Assembly (NCBI GenBank): GCA_035601435.1 | Contig: DATNOH010000264.1 | Span: 1 to 52,680, forward strand | Source: Gemmatimonadales bacterium | GTDB taxonomy: Bacteria > Gemmatimonadota > Gemmatimonadetes > Gemmatimonadales > GWC2-71-9 | Length of the DNA stretch: 52,680 bases | Direction: 5' to 3' | Shown: positions 17,934 to 25,976 of the stretch, piece by piece | How the letters are laid out: every line of letters begins with the position of its first letter | How positions within the stretch are numbered: position 1 is the first letter of the stretch | Notes under the pieces: generated by a model | Database searches by the model: none | Seen by the model: the letters and a program-made list of their open reading frames with translations, nothing else | What the model was told of the DNA's origin: nothing | Made by a program: the position numbers and the translations under genes

Positions 17934-19576
17934 TGTCTTTGAAACTCCGGTCCACCGAGCGCGAGGCCGACGGCGAGGGCACGCGCCTGAATGGGATCGC
18001 TGATCCCCGCCAGCTCACGTCCCAGAACCTGCTTTGTATTCTCGGACATTGCCCCACCCAGGATCTTCTCGTTGACTTCGCCGATCACTTGGTCGGCATC
18101 TCCGACTCCAACTATAGAATCGAGCACGACCGTCACGCCGGGCAGCTTGCCCGTTGCCAGAGCGACGGCAGCATTCATGCGATCGAGCAGCGCGCCGCTG
18201 TTCACCCACGCCGCTTCCCGCTCGGAGTATCCGTCGGGGGCGACATGGAGGTACAACGGCTCGCCGAGGCGCGCCACCACCTGTGCCAAACGTGGCGAAG
18301 TATCCGGCTCAGCGGAGACTGCGCGCGCCGCGCTGACCACGAACTCGAGCGGGGTCTTGACCTTGGCGCGCCCGTTGTCCGGCGCCCAGAAGTCGGGGCC
18401 GTGGAAAATGGCCCGCAGCACTTCGCGGACGTCGCCGCTCGAGCGTCTCCACGCCGCCACGGCCTCGTCCACGCAGCCGTCGGGTGGATCGTCGCGCACG
18501 AATCGTTGGCAGAGCTTCCAGCTGACGTGGTGCATGGTCGCCGGGAGGCCGGCCAGCATCTTCAGCAGGCGCACGCCCTCATCCATCCCATGGCCTGCTT
18601 GAAACCCGACACCCAGCACCTGCTTCTCCCTGCGGTCGTGCGCCCAGTCGTGGAACTCGAAGTCTCCGCCTTGTTGAGGACGCTCGATGCTCCAGCCCGT
18701 GAAAATGCGCGCTACGTCGATCACGTCCTGCTGGGTGTAGCCGCCGTCGACGCCCAGGGTGTGGAGCTCGAGCAACTCCCGGGCATAGTTCTCATTGATC
18801 CCTTTGGGCATCCCCTCGAGGGCTCGCCGGCGCATCGAGTCCTGGCGGGCAGAGTCGCGCATCGGGCCGAACAGACCGGGGCGGCGACCGAAGATGGGCC
18901 TGGCGCTGACGCGAAGGGCCGCGGGTGGGACGGAGCCCGGCGCTACACTTTCCCAGTTGTCGAGGTAGAAGAGCATCGCGGGACTCTTGGCGACGGCGAG
19001 CAGCAGGTCCGCGAACTTCCCCATCGCGCGGGGGCGAATCGTGTGCTCGATGTAATCGGGCGTGAGGAAGCGGTCGGCGCCCTTGGCCAAGTAGACGTTG
19101 AAGTGATTGGTCCAGAAGTCCACCATGATCTCATACAGCTGTCGCTCGGAGAGCGCGGCGCGGACCACCGCCAGCTCCGCGAATTCACCCGTGAGACGCT
19201 TGTCCCGTTGCGCGATCGGGCTCCCTCCATCCCTGTCGGCCATCGTGTCGGCGGCCAGTTTGCGCTCGCGCCGCTCGCGCTGCACCTCCGTGTACATCGC
19301 GGCGAGGTCGCGCCGGTCGTACTCGAGGATCTGGAACTGGCCCTCCCGCTCGGCGAGACGGTGGTCGTCGATCTCTTCGGGCGAGAGCTGGCGGTCAATC
19401 CAGCGCATCACCCCATCGGCAGCCACGCGTCGCACATCGCCGGGTCGAGGTCCGTACGCGAGGCGGTTCAGGGCGTGGAACGCCGAGTCCTGGGGAGTGA
19501 GGGCGGGTTGCTGCGCCGCGATACCGACCGGGAGGATGCCGAGCGTCAGGACCGACCAAACGATCCGCGTTTTCAT
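17930..19576 (-). CDS. DUF1800-family protein
   Basis: Start set at ATG 19576 (MKTRIVWSVLTLGILPVGIAAQ, a signal peptide); the track start at 19594 is a GTG. Motifs such as FWTNHFNV, LFYLDN and ENYARELLELHTLGVDGGYTQQDV are typical of DUF1800. Confidence 0.8.
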   Translation of the reverse strand: MKTRIVWSVLTLGILPVGIAAQQPALTPQDSAFHALNRLAYGPRPGDVRRVAADGVMRWIDRQLSPEEIDDHRLAEREGQFQILEYDRRDLAAMYTEVQRERRERKLAADTMADRDGGSPIAQRDKRLTGEFAELAVVRAALSERQLYEIMVDFWTNHFNVYLAKGADRFLTPDYIEHTIRPRAMGKFADLLLAVAKSPAMLFYLDNWESVAPGSVPPAALRVSARPIFGRRPGLFGPMRDSARQDSMRRRALEGMPKGINENYARELLELHTLGVDGGYTQQDVIDVARIFTGWSIERPQQGGDFEFHDWAHDRREKQVLGVGFQAGHGMDEGVRLLKMLAGLPATMHHVSWKLCQRFVRDDPPDGCVDEAVAAWRRSSGDVREVLRAIFHGPDFWAPDNGRAKVKTPLEFVVSAARAVSAEPDTSPRLAQVVARLGEPLYLHVAPDGYSEREAAWVNSGALLDRMNAAVALATGKLPGVTVVLDSIVGVGDADQVIGEVNEKILGGAMSENTKQVLGRELAGISDPIQARALAVGLALGGPEFQRQ

Positions 19577-19617
19577 GCGGTTATATTGACGCACCGTCCC
19601 CAGGAGAAGTTAAGGTC

Positions 19618-21510
19618 GTGACGGCGTCAACGCCGCGCTTCAACCCGCACGGTATCGGCCCCCGCCCCAGGAGCCCGCTTTCCGGCCCGGACGGCACCCC
19701 CCCGACCTGGTCGGAGCGGCTGCAGGCCCTCAGGTACGTGCCGCCGCTCCTCAAGCTCGTGTACCAGACCCACCGCCGCTACACCGCAGCGATCCTGGCG
19801 CTCCGCGCGCTGCGCTCCCTCGTCCCGCTCGCCGTCCTGTGGATCGGCAAGCTGATCATCGACGGCGTGATCGCCGCGATGCGGGCGCATGCGGGGGGGC
19901 AGCCGCTGGATTGGCGATACCTGGGCGGTCTCGTCCTGCTCGAGCTCGGGATCGGCGTCCTGGGAGAAATACTGGCGCGCCTGTCGGCGCTGCTCGAAAG
20001 CCTGCTGGGTGACCTGTTTTCGAACCGCATCAGCGTGCGTCTGATGCAGCACGCCGCCACGCTCGACATTGCGCAGTACGAGGACGCGGAGACCTATGAC
20101 CATCTCGAGCGTGCGCGGCGGCAGACGCTCGGTCGGATTGGCCTCATCACCTTGTTGCTCGCCACCGTCCAGGACCTGGTGACGCTGGTCTCGCTCGCCG
20201 GCGTGATCCTCGTCCAGTTGCCGTGGCTCCTGGTCCTGCTCGTCGTCGCCGTGCTGCCGTCGTTCCTGGGCGAGACCCACTACGCGGCGCTGGGATATTC
20301 GCTGCTGTTCCAATGGACTCCCGAGCGGCGCCTCCTCGATTATCTCCGCTACGCTGGCGCGTCCGACGAGATGGCGAAGGAAGTGAAGCTGTTCAACCTG
20401 TCGGACTTTCTCGTCGGGCGGTACGCCTCGCTGTCGCAAGAGTTCTACGACGCCAACAAGCGACTGGCGATCAAGCGTAACCTCGTGTCTACGCTCCTGG
20501 TGACGATCGGCACGCTCGGCTACTACGCAGCCTACGCCGTGGCCATCTACCTCACGGTGCTGGGGCGTTTCACGGTCGGCGCGCTGACCCTTCTGGCCGG
20601 ATCGTTCCGCCAGAGTCGCGATCTGATCCAGCGCGTTCTGCTGTCGTTGTCGCAGGTGTTCGAGCAGAGTCTATATCTCTCCGACCTGTTCACCTTCTTC
20701 GACGTGCAGCCCCGCGTCACGTCCACGCCGGGCGCGCGTCCGGTGCCGGTGCCGATCCGCCGCGGGTTCGAGTTCCAGGACGTTGGGTTCCGCTATCCGG
20801 GTTCGGACCGCTGGGCGGTACGGCACCTGACGTTCACGTTCCAGCCGGAGGAGCGGATCGCGCTGGTGGGAGAGAACGGGGCGGGGAAGACCACGCTCGT
20901 GAAGCTGCTGGCGCGCCTGTACGATCCGGACGAGGGCCGCATCCTGCTGGACGGGGTCGACTTGCGGGAGCACGACCTGAGCAGCCTGCGAAAGAACATC
21001 GGCGTGATTTTTCAGGACTTCGTGCGCTACGACTTCATCCTGAAGGAGAACATCGGGGTGAGCCAGATCGAGGCGCTTGAGGACGACGCGCGGGTGCGCG
21101 AGGCGGCGCGCCGCAGCCTGGCGGACTCGGTCGCCTCCCGTATGGCCAAGGGGTACGACCAGATGCTCGGCCGCCGGTTCGACGGCGGGGTGGAGTTGTC
21201 GGGCGGCGAATGGCAGAAAGTCGCGCTGGGGCGGGCCTACATGCGCGACGCCCAGGTGCTCATCCTCGACGAGCCCACCGCGTCGCTCGACGCCCGCGCC
21301 GAGTATGAAGTGTTTCTCCGGTTTGCGGAGCTCACCAGGGGCAGGATGGCCGTGCTGATCTCGCATCGCTTCTCGACGGTGCGCATGGCGGACCGGATCT
21401 TGGTGCTCCAGGGCGGCGAGCTGGTGGACCAGGGGACGCACGAGGACCTGGTGGCGCGGGGCGGACTGTACGCCGAGCTGTTCAGCCTGCAGGCGGCGGG
21501 ATATAGGTGA
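19618..21510 (+). CDS. ABC exporter, fused permease/ATPase (MsbA-like half transporter)
   Basis: 630 aa. Six predicted TM helices. Walker A GENGAGKTT, signature LSGGEWQKVALGRA, Walker B VLILDEPT. Confidence 0.9.
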   Translation: MTASTPRFNPHGIGPRPRSPLSGPDGTPPTWSERLQALRYVPPLLKLVYQTHRRYTAAILALRALRSLVPLAVLWIGKLIIDGVIAAMRAHAGGQPLDWRYLGGLVLLELGIGVLGEILARLSALLESLLGDLFSNRISVRLMQHAATLDIAQYEDAETYDHLERARRQTLGRIGLITLLLATVQDLVTLVSLAGVILVQLPWLLVLLVVAVLPSFLGETHYAALGYSLLFQWTPERRLLDYLRYAGASDEMAKEVKLFNLSDFLVGRYASLSQEFYDANKRLAIKRNLVSTLLVTIGTLGYYAAYAVAIYLTVLGRFTVGALTLLAGSFRQSRDLIQRVLLSLSQVFEQSLYLSDLFTFFDVQPRVTSTPGARPVPVPIRRGFEFQDVGFRYPGSDRWAVRHLTFTFQPEERIALVGENGAGKTTLVKLLARLYDPDEGRILLDGVDLREHDLSSLRKNIGVIFQDFVRYDFILKENIGVSQIEALEDDARVREAARRSLADSVASRMAKGYDQMLGRRFDGGVELSGGEWQKVALGRAYMRDAQVLILDEPTASLDARAEYEVFLRFAELTRGRMAVLISHRFSTVRMADRILVLQGGELVDQGTHEDLVARGGLYAELFSLQAAGYR

Positions 21511-22388
21511 CCCGCCTTGGTCGGCTCGCGGAGGAGATCGGATTCGTAGTCAAGGCGGCACGGCCGGGTTTTTGGCTCACGTCGATCTGGTTCTATCTCG
21601 TGCCCGCGGGCGGGCGAAATGTTTTCCATCAGCCGGAGTTCTGGCTCGGCCTCCTCTATGTGACGTTCCCGCTGGGTTTGCTGATCTACGGATGGAACGA
21701 CATCGTCGACTTCGAAGTGGATCGATTCAACCCGCGCAAAGGGACGTACCTGTTTGGTGCGCGGGGCACGCCGGAGCGTCTGGCGCGCCTGCCCTGGCGG
21801 ATCGCGGTCGTGCAAGTGCCGTTCGCGGTCCTGTTCACGCTGTTACTCGGACCCAAGGCGCTCGCGTGGTTCGCCGCGCTCATCATGGCCGCCGCGCTGT
21901 ACAACGCTCGGCCGTTCGCGTTCAAGGGCCGTCCCGGGTTGGACCTGCTGAACCAAGCGGGCTACCTGCTCGTGTTCGTCCTCGCGAGCTGGTTGAACCA
22001 TATCTCCCAGGTGCCTTGGTTCACCTTCGTGTTCGGTGCCCTGTTCGCGATGCACTCCCACCTGTTCGGGGAAATCATGGACTTGGAGCCCGATCGACGC
22101 GCCGGCCGTCGGTCCCTGGCCGGCGTGCTGGGAGCACGGCCGGCGAAGTGGCTGTTGGTCGCGTTGCTCGCCGTCGAAGCTGCGCTGATTTGGAAGTGGG
22201 CCCGCGATCCGTGGCTCGCCGCGTTTCTCGCCGCCAGCGCGGCCTGGTTCACGCTGGACGTGATGCTCCTGTGGCGCGATCGACCCTATTCGCCGGACGA
22301 GATGCGATTCTCGTTTCTCGCCTGGAACGGCGTGGCCCTGGCGTCCATGCCCTGGGTGTGGCACGCGGCCACGCTGGCGCCAGGGTAG
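21507..22388 (+). CDS. UbiA-family aromatic/polyprenyl prenyltransferase (substrate unknown)
   Basis: 293 aa, polytopic. First Asp-rich motif NDIVDFEVDRFN, second motif GEIMDLEPDRRAG. GTGA overlap with the ABC exporter stop. Confidence 0.85.
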   Translation: MTRLGRLAEEIGFVVKAARPGFWLTSIWFYLVPAGGRNVFHQPEFWLGLLYVTFPLGLLIYGWNDIVDFEVDRFNPRKGTYLFGARGTPERLARLPWRIAVVQVPFAVLFTLLLGPKALAWFAALIMAAALYNARPFAFKGRPGLDLLNQAGYLLVFVLASWLNHISQVPWFTFVFGALFAMHSHLFGEIMDLEPDRRAGRRSLAGVLGARPAKWLLVALLAVEAALIWKWARDPWLAAFLAASAAWFTLDVMLLWRDRPYSPDEMRFSFLAWNGVALASMPWVWHAATLAPG

Positions 22389-22796
22389 TCACGCTCCCGC
22401 ATCGAACGTGTAGCACCACGCTTCACCCTCGAGCACGGTTTCTCCTGTCTGGCGCGCCACCCTGATCCTCAGCTGACACACCGGCTTCGATTCATGCACG
22501 CTCACGACCTCTGCCTCGGCGGTGATCGTGTCGCCGATGTACACCGGCGCGGTGAACTTCCAGTTTTGACTCAGGAATACGGTGCCCGGCCCGGGGAGGT
22601 CCATCGCCACCAGGGCGTGCAACAGGCCGGTGGTGAGCCCCCCTTGCACGACCAACTTCCCGAATTTGGTCCGGGCGACGAACTCGGGATCGAAGTGGAG
22701 TGGGTTGTAATCGCCCGTGAGCTGCGCGAACGCGTTCACATGGTCGGGAGTGAGCGTGAGACTGCGGGATGCCCGCTCGCCCACGGCGACCTTCAT
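22389..22796 (-). CDS. MaoC-like hotdog-fold (R)-specific enoyl-CoA hydratase/dehydratase
   Basis: Start reset to ATG 22796 (MKVAVGERASRSLTLTPDHV...). GDYNPLHFD motif. ATGA overlap with the upstream hydrolase. The stop directly abuts the convergent UbiA stop. Confidence 0.85.
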   Translation of the reverse strand: MKVAVGERASRSLTLTPDHVNAFAQLTGDYNPLHFDPEFVARTKFGKLVVQGGLTTGLLHALVAMDLPGPGTVFLSQNWKFTAPVYIGDTITAEAEVVSVHESKPVCQLRIRVARQTGETVLEGEAWCYTFDAGA

Positions 22797-23836
22797 CGAG
22801 TCCGCTCCAGCGCCGCAACGAAGGGCGCGAAGTACTGCTTCCAGACAGCCGCCGCCGTGTGCGTGCCGTGGCCTCGCGTCCGCTCGCTCGTGGGAATCAG
22901 GATATAGCGGGCCCGCGGCACTGTGGGAATCAGCCGCTCCATGAGCCCGAGCTCCGGAGGGTTGATGAAGTCGTCGGCCGAGTTGATCGCGAGCACCGGC
23001 GCGGTGATGCGATCGAGCGCCGAGCTCGGATCGTAGTCGCGCGAGGCGTCCACCTGGTACACGAGATCGTTGGCGTCGGTCTCGGCGAAGCGCGTGTCGA
23101 GCCAGCGAGCGATGTAGGCGTCGGCCGCGTCGCGCGTTGGTGCGGATCGCTGGAGCTGCAGGGGACTCGACCCCGCCGTGAACAGCAGCTGGAGTGCCGC
23201 CCGGAGGCCGCGGGGCTGGCTCGTGTAGTCGCCGCTCTTCCAATCGGGATCGGTCTTGATGTCGTCGATGATCATCCTGCGCCACATGCGGTTCCGCCCC
23301 GCGATCTGCGTCGGGATGCACGCGAGCGGGACCACCCCATCCATGACCTCCGGATACCGCTCCGCCCAGAGCCAGCTGTGCATGCAGCCCATCGATGTGC
23401 CCATCACCAGGAGCAGGTGGTCGACGTGGAGCCCGTCGGTCACGAGCCGGTATTGGGCAGCCACCATGTCCTCATAGGCGTAGCGTGGGAATCGGGCCCG
23501 CAGCCCGTCGCTCGGCTTGGAGGAGCCACCGTGTCCGATGTTATCGGGCAGGATGAGGTAGTGCGTGGCGGTATCGAGCGGCTGGCCGGGGCCGTACAGC
23601 TCGCCTGCGAATACCGGCGATAGAAACTGCCGGCCCGATCCGCCGGTGCCGTGCAGCACCAGGACGGCGTTGCGCACCGTGCCGGCGGCGTTGCGACGGG
23701 GGTGGCCCAGCGTCCGGTAGTGCAGCCGCAACTCGGGCAACACCTCGCCGCTCGCGAATCGGAAATTCTTGATGACGAAGCTGCCGGTGTCCCCCTGTGC
23801 CGCCAGCGCGGCGAGGAGGAAGAGCGCCGGGCTCAT
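22793..23836 (-). CDS. Alpha/beta hydrolase, MetX (homoserine O-acetyltransferase)-like
   Basis: 347 aa. FRFASGEVLPELRLHYRTLG...NAVLVLHGTGGSG resembles a MetX N-terminus. Nucleophile elbow GTSMGCM. Short hydrophobic N-terminus. Confidence 0.85.
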   Translation of the reverse strand: MSPALFLLAALAAQGDTGSFVIKNFRFASGEVLPELRLHYRTLGHPRRNAAGTVRNAVLVLHGTGGSGRQFLSPVFAGELYGPGQPLDTATHYLILPDNIGHGGSSKPSDGLRARFPRYAYEDMVAAQYRLVTDGLHVDHLLLVMGTSMGCMHSWLWAERYPEVMDGVVPLACIPTQIAGRNRMWRRMIIDDIKTDPDWKSGDYTSQPRGLRAALQLLFTAGSSPLQLQRSAPTRDAADAYIARWLDTRFAETDANDLVYQVDASRDYDPSSALDRITAPVLAINSADDFINPPELGLMERLIPTVPRARYILIPTSERTRGHGTHTAAAVWKQYFAPFVAALERTR

Positions 23837-24360
23837 GCCAGATAGCGCTCCCGCAGGACCGCGAGGTGGTGGCGCTCGTGGCCGGCGATGATCCAGGCGA
23901 GCGCCCGCACGCTGATCGCGTTGTTGTTAGCCGTCCCCTGGCGCGCCAGGGCCTCCGCATCGAACCCTGAGAACAGGGCGATGGTCGCTCGCCGCACCGC
24001 GTCGAACTCGGCCGCGAGGTCCTTGAGAGGTCGCGCGTCGAACCGTCCTGCCGGCACCCATGCCTTCTCGTCGAACCCCGGGAGGGGGTTCGCGTCCGCC
24101 CGGCCGAACGTCAGCGCGCGGTAGCAGAAGACGCGCTCGCTGTCCGTCAGGTGGCCGAGCACTTCCTTGATGCTCCACTTGCCCGGCGCGTAGCGATGCA
24201 GCGCCTTCGCTTCCGACAAACCGGCGAGGAGCTGCTGCGTCTCGCGCCGCTGATCCTCGAGGACCTTCAGCAGGTTCCCCTTTGGGACCCTGGAGATGTA
24301 GGTCTCGTAGTACGCCAGGTATTCGGATGGCTCGGGGCGCGGGATCGCCGCGGCCGTCAT
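23833..24360 (-). CDS. DinB-family (four-helix-bundle, metal-dependent) protein
   Basis: Start reset to ATG 24360 (MTAAAIPRPEPSEYLAYYETYI...). WSIKEVLGHLTDSERVF and IIAGHERHHLAVL supply the DinB His triad. ATGA overlaps on both sides. Confidence 0.85.
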   Translation of the reverse strand: MTAAAIPRPEPSEYLAYYETYISRVPKGNLLKVLEDQRRETQQLLAGLSEAKALHRYAPGKWSIKEVLGHLTDSERVFCYRALTFGRADANPLPGFDEKAWVPAGRFDARPLKDLAAEFDAVRRATIALFSGFDAEALARQGTANNNAISVRALAWIIAGHERHHLAVLRERYLA

Positions 24361-24812
24361 GCGACCCTCCGCGGGCCCTTGGGCGTGCTCGCCTTTCCTT
24401 TGGCGGGTCCCGGGAACTTGGCGAGCCGCGCTTGGGCGTCCGGCATCTTCATGATGACCTGCTCCAGCTTCTCGAGGTAGCCCGGGTTGTTGAGTAGTGC
24501 CCGCACCTCGGTGAGGAACGGCCGGAGCCGCGCGTACACCATGATGTGCTCGCCGTTCGCGTCCGCGAACATCTGCTCGTCGATGGCGCCGTGTAGCACG
24601 AGCGTGGCCGCCATCCCCCAATAGGTGGTCACCATCCGGTAGAACGCGCTGCGCTTTCCGCGATACGCTTCGAGCACGTCCTCGGCCGTGCGGGGGCGGA
24701 ACTCCTCGCGAAACCAGGCCCGCGCCTTGCGCAGCAACGGCTCGCGGCGCATGTCGTACAGCTTGAGCAGCAGGTCGGCACTCTCGTATTTCGTGTTCAC
24801 GGGTGGCTCCAT
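24357..24812 (-). CDS. Hypothetical protein (helical, no recognised domain)
   Basis: Track ORF 24357..24827 starts at a TTG. I prefer ATG 24812 (MEPPVNTKYESADLLLKLYDMRREPLL...). Natural, non-Arg-rich composition. Sits inside the coupled operon. Confidence 0.65.
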   Translation of the reverse strand: MEPPVNTKYESADLLLKLYDMRREPLLRKARAWFREEFRPRTAEDVLEAYRGKRSAFYRMVTTYWGMAATLVLHGAIDEQMFADANGEHIMVYARLRPFLTEVRALLNNPGYLEKLEQVIMKMPDAQARLAKFPGPAKGKASTPKGPRRVA

Positions 24813-24831
24813 TCGGCAGGAGATCAAAAAG

Positions 24832-25194
24832 CTATGCGCGCGCCTGCACCGCGGCGACCCAGGCCCGCCAGGTCTCTTCCCCTGGGCCGACGGTCAGCTG
24901 CTGCTGGTGGCGGACCAGCGGCATCCGCAGGAGCAGGGGCTCCAGGGTGAGCTTGTCGAGCCAGCGTTCCTCGGAGAACAGGGCCGACTTGAGGCCGAGC
25001 TCGGTGAAGCGCTTCGCGTTGCGGTCGATCAGGCTCTGCACCCCGAACTGCTGCGCGAAACGCCGTAGCTCGCCGAGCGACGCGGCGCGCTCGTTCAGAT
25101 CCACGAAGTGCGTCTTGATACGACGCTCGGCGAAGAAGCGGAGCGCGGCCCGGGTGTCGGCGCTCTTGCGGACGCCGAAGATCTGGACTTCCAC
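24832..25194 (-). CDS. ArsC/Spx/YffB-family thioredoxin-fold protein lacking any cysteine
   Basis: 120 aa with a GTG start. VQIFGVRKSADTRAALRFFAERRI aligns with the IYGIKNCDTCRKA region of the ArsC/Spx family, but the Cys positions are Ser/Ala. I find no Cys in the whole protein. Its start overlaps the upstream stop by 1 nt (TAGTG). Confidence 0.8.
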   Translation of the reverse strand: MEVQIFGVRKSADTRAALRFFAERRIKTHFVDLNERAASLGELRRFAQQFGVQSLIDRNAKRFTELGLKSALFSEERWLDKLTLEPLLLRMPLVRHQQQLTVGPGEETWRAWVAAVQARA

Positions 25195-25976
25195 TAGCTG
25201 CCGCTCGAGAACCGCACCGCACCCAGGTCCACCAGGCCCTGCAGCGTGGCTTCGAGGTCCTCGACCCCGAGTCCCGCGACCCCGGCAATCTCCCCGAGGG
25301 TCCGCGTCCCGTCCGCGAGCTGCACGACGGCCGCCACATTTTCGTCACTGCGCGCGACCGCGACGCGTCCGTGCGCGGACCGCGCGACCAGCAGCTTCGT
25401 GCGCCGCTCCGGCGCCTGCGGCACGTCGGTCCACGGCTGGAGCAGTTTCGGCAGGATGCTCGGGAGATCGAAGGACAACTCCAAGAGCACCGTCCCTTCA
25501 ACGGTCGCCGGACGGAACCGCTCCCCGCTCCCCGCTCCCCCAGACGATGCGCCGTCCCGCCACACCCGCGGTCCCGCTTCGACGACCATCATCGCCTCTT
25601 CGTACCGCAGGAGATCGGCGAGATAGGGCACGGGCGCCTGGGCCGCCGCAACGTGAGCGGTCACGAGTCGCGCCACCGCTGCCGCCGTGTCGCGGCTGCC
25701 CAGAATGATCCCGGGGAGGAGCGCTTCGAAGGCGGGAGACTTGAGGATGCCCTCGGGCGCGCGGCCCGTGACGCGTGCGAGGGCGCGCGAGTACTTGAAG
25801 AAGTTGACGATGCGCTCGTGATAGAAATGGCGCGCCAAAAACCGCGCGTACCGCTCGACGCGGTCCGGATCGGCGAGCGCCCGGCGCCGCCACTCGAGCG
25901 AAGCGCGAAACGGTGCATCGGCGAGCGCGCGGATCACAGCGTCCTGCAGGGCGCGATCGTCCGGCAAACCGGTCAC
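25194..25976 (-). CDS. Hypothetical protein with a PqqD/RRE-like C-terminal segment; candidate partner of the DUF692 enzyme
   Basis: GTG start at 25976 in a GTGA overlap with the upstream stop (VTGLPDDRALQDAVIRAL...). The rest of track ORF 25194..26606 overlaps the upstream gene and is rejected. The N-terminal helical part (RYARFLARHFYHERIVNFF) is loosely reminiscent of DUF2063. The C-terminus VVQLADGTRTLGEIAGVAGLGVEDLEATLQGLVDLGAV resembles PqqD-type peptide-binding domains. Confidence 0.6.
   Translation of the reverse strand: MTGLPDDRALQDAVIRALADAPFRASLEWRRRALADPDRVERYARFLARHFYHERIVNFFKYSRALARVTGRAPEGILKSPAFEALLPGIILGSRDTAAAVARLVTAHVAAAQAPVPYLADLLRYEEAMMVVEAGPRVWRDGASSGGAGSGERFRPATVEGTVLLELSFDLPSILPKLLQPWTDVPQAPERRTKLLVARSAHGRVAVARSDENVAAVVQLADGTRTLGEIAGVAGLGVEDLEATLQGLVDLGAVRFSSGS

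Noticed and set aside
17933-19621. 562-aa + strand ORF
   Set aside because: Antisense to the DUF1800 gene, whose family motifs are clear. Arg/Gly/His-rich noise.
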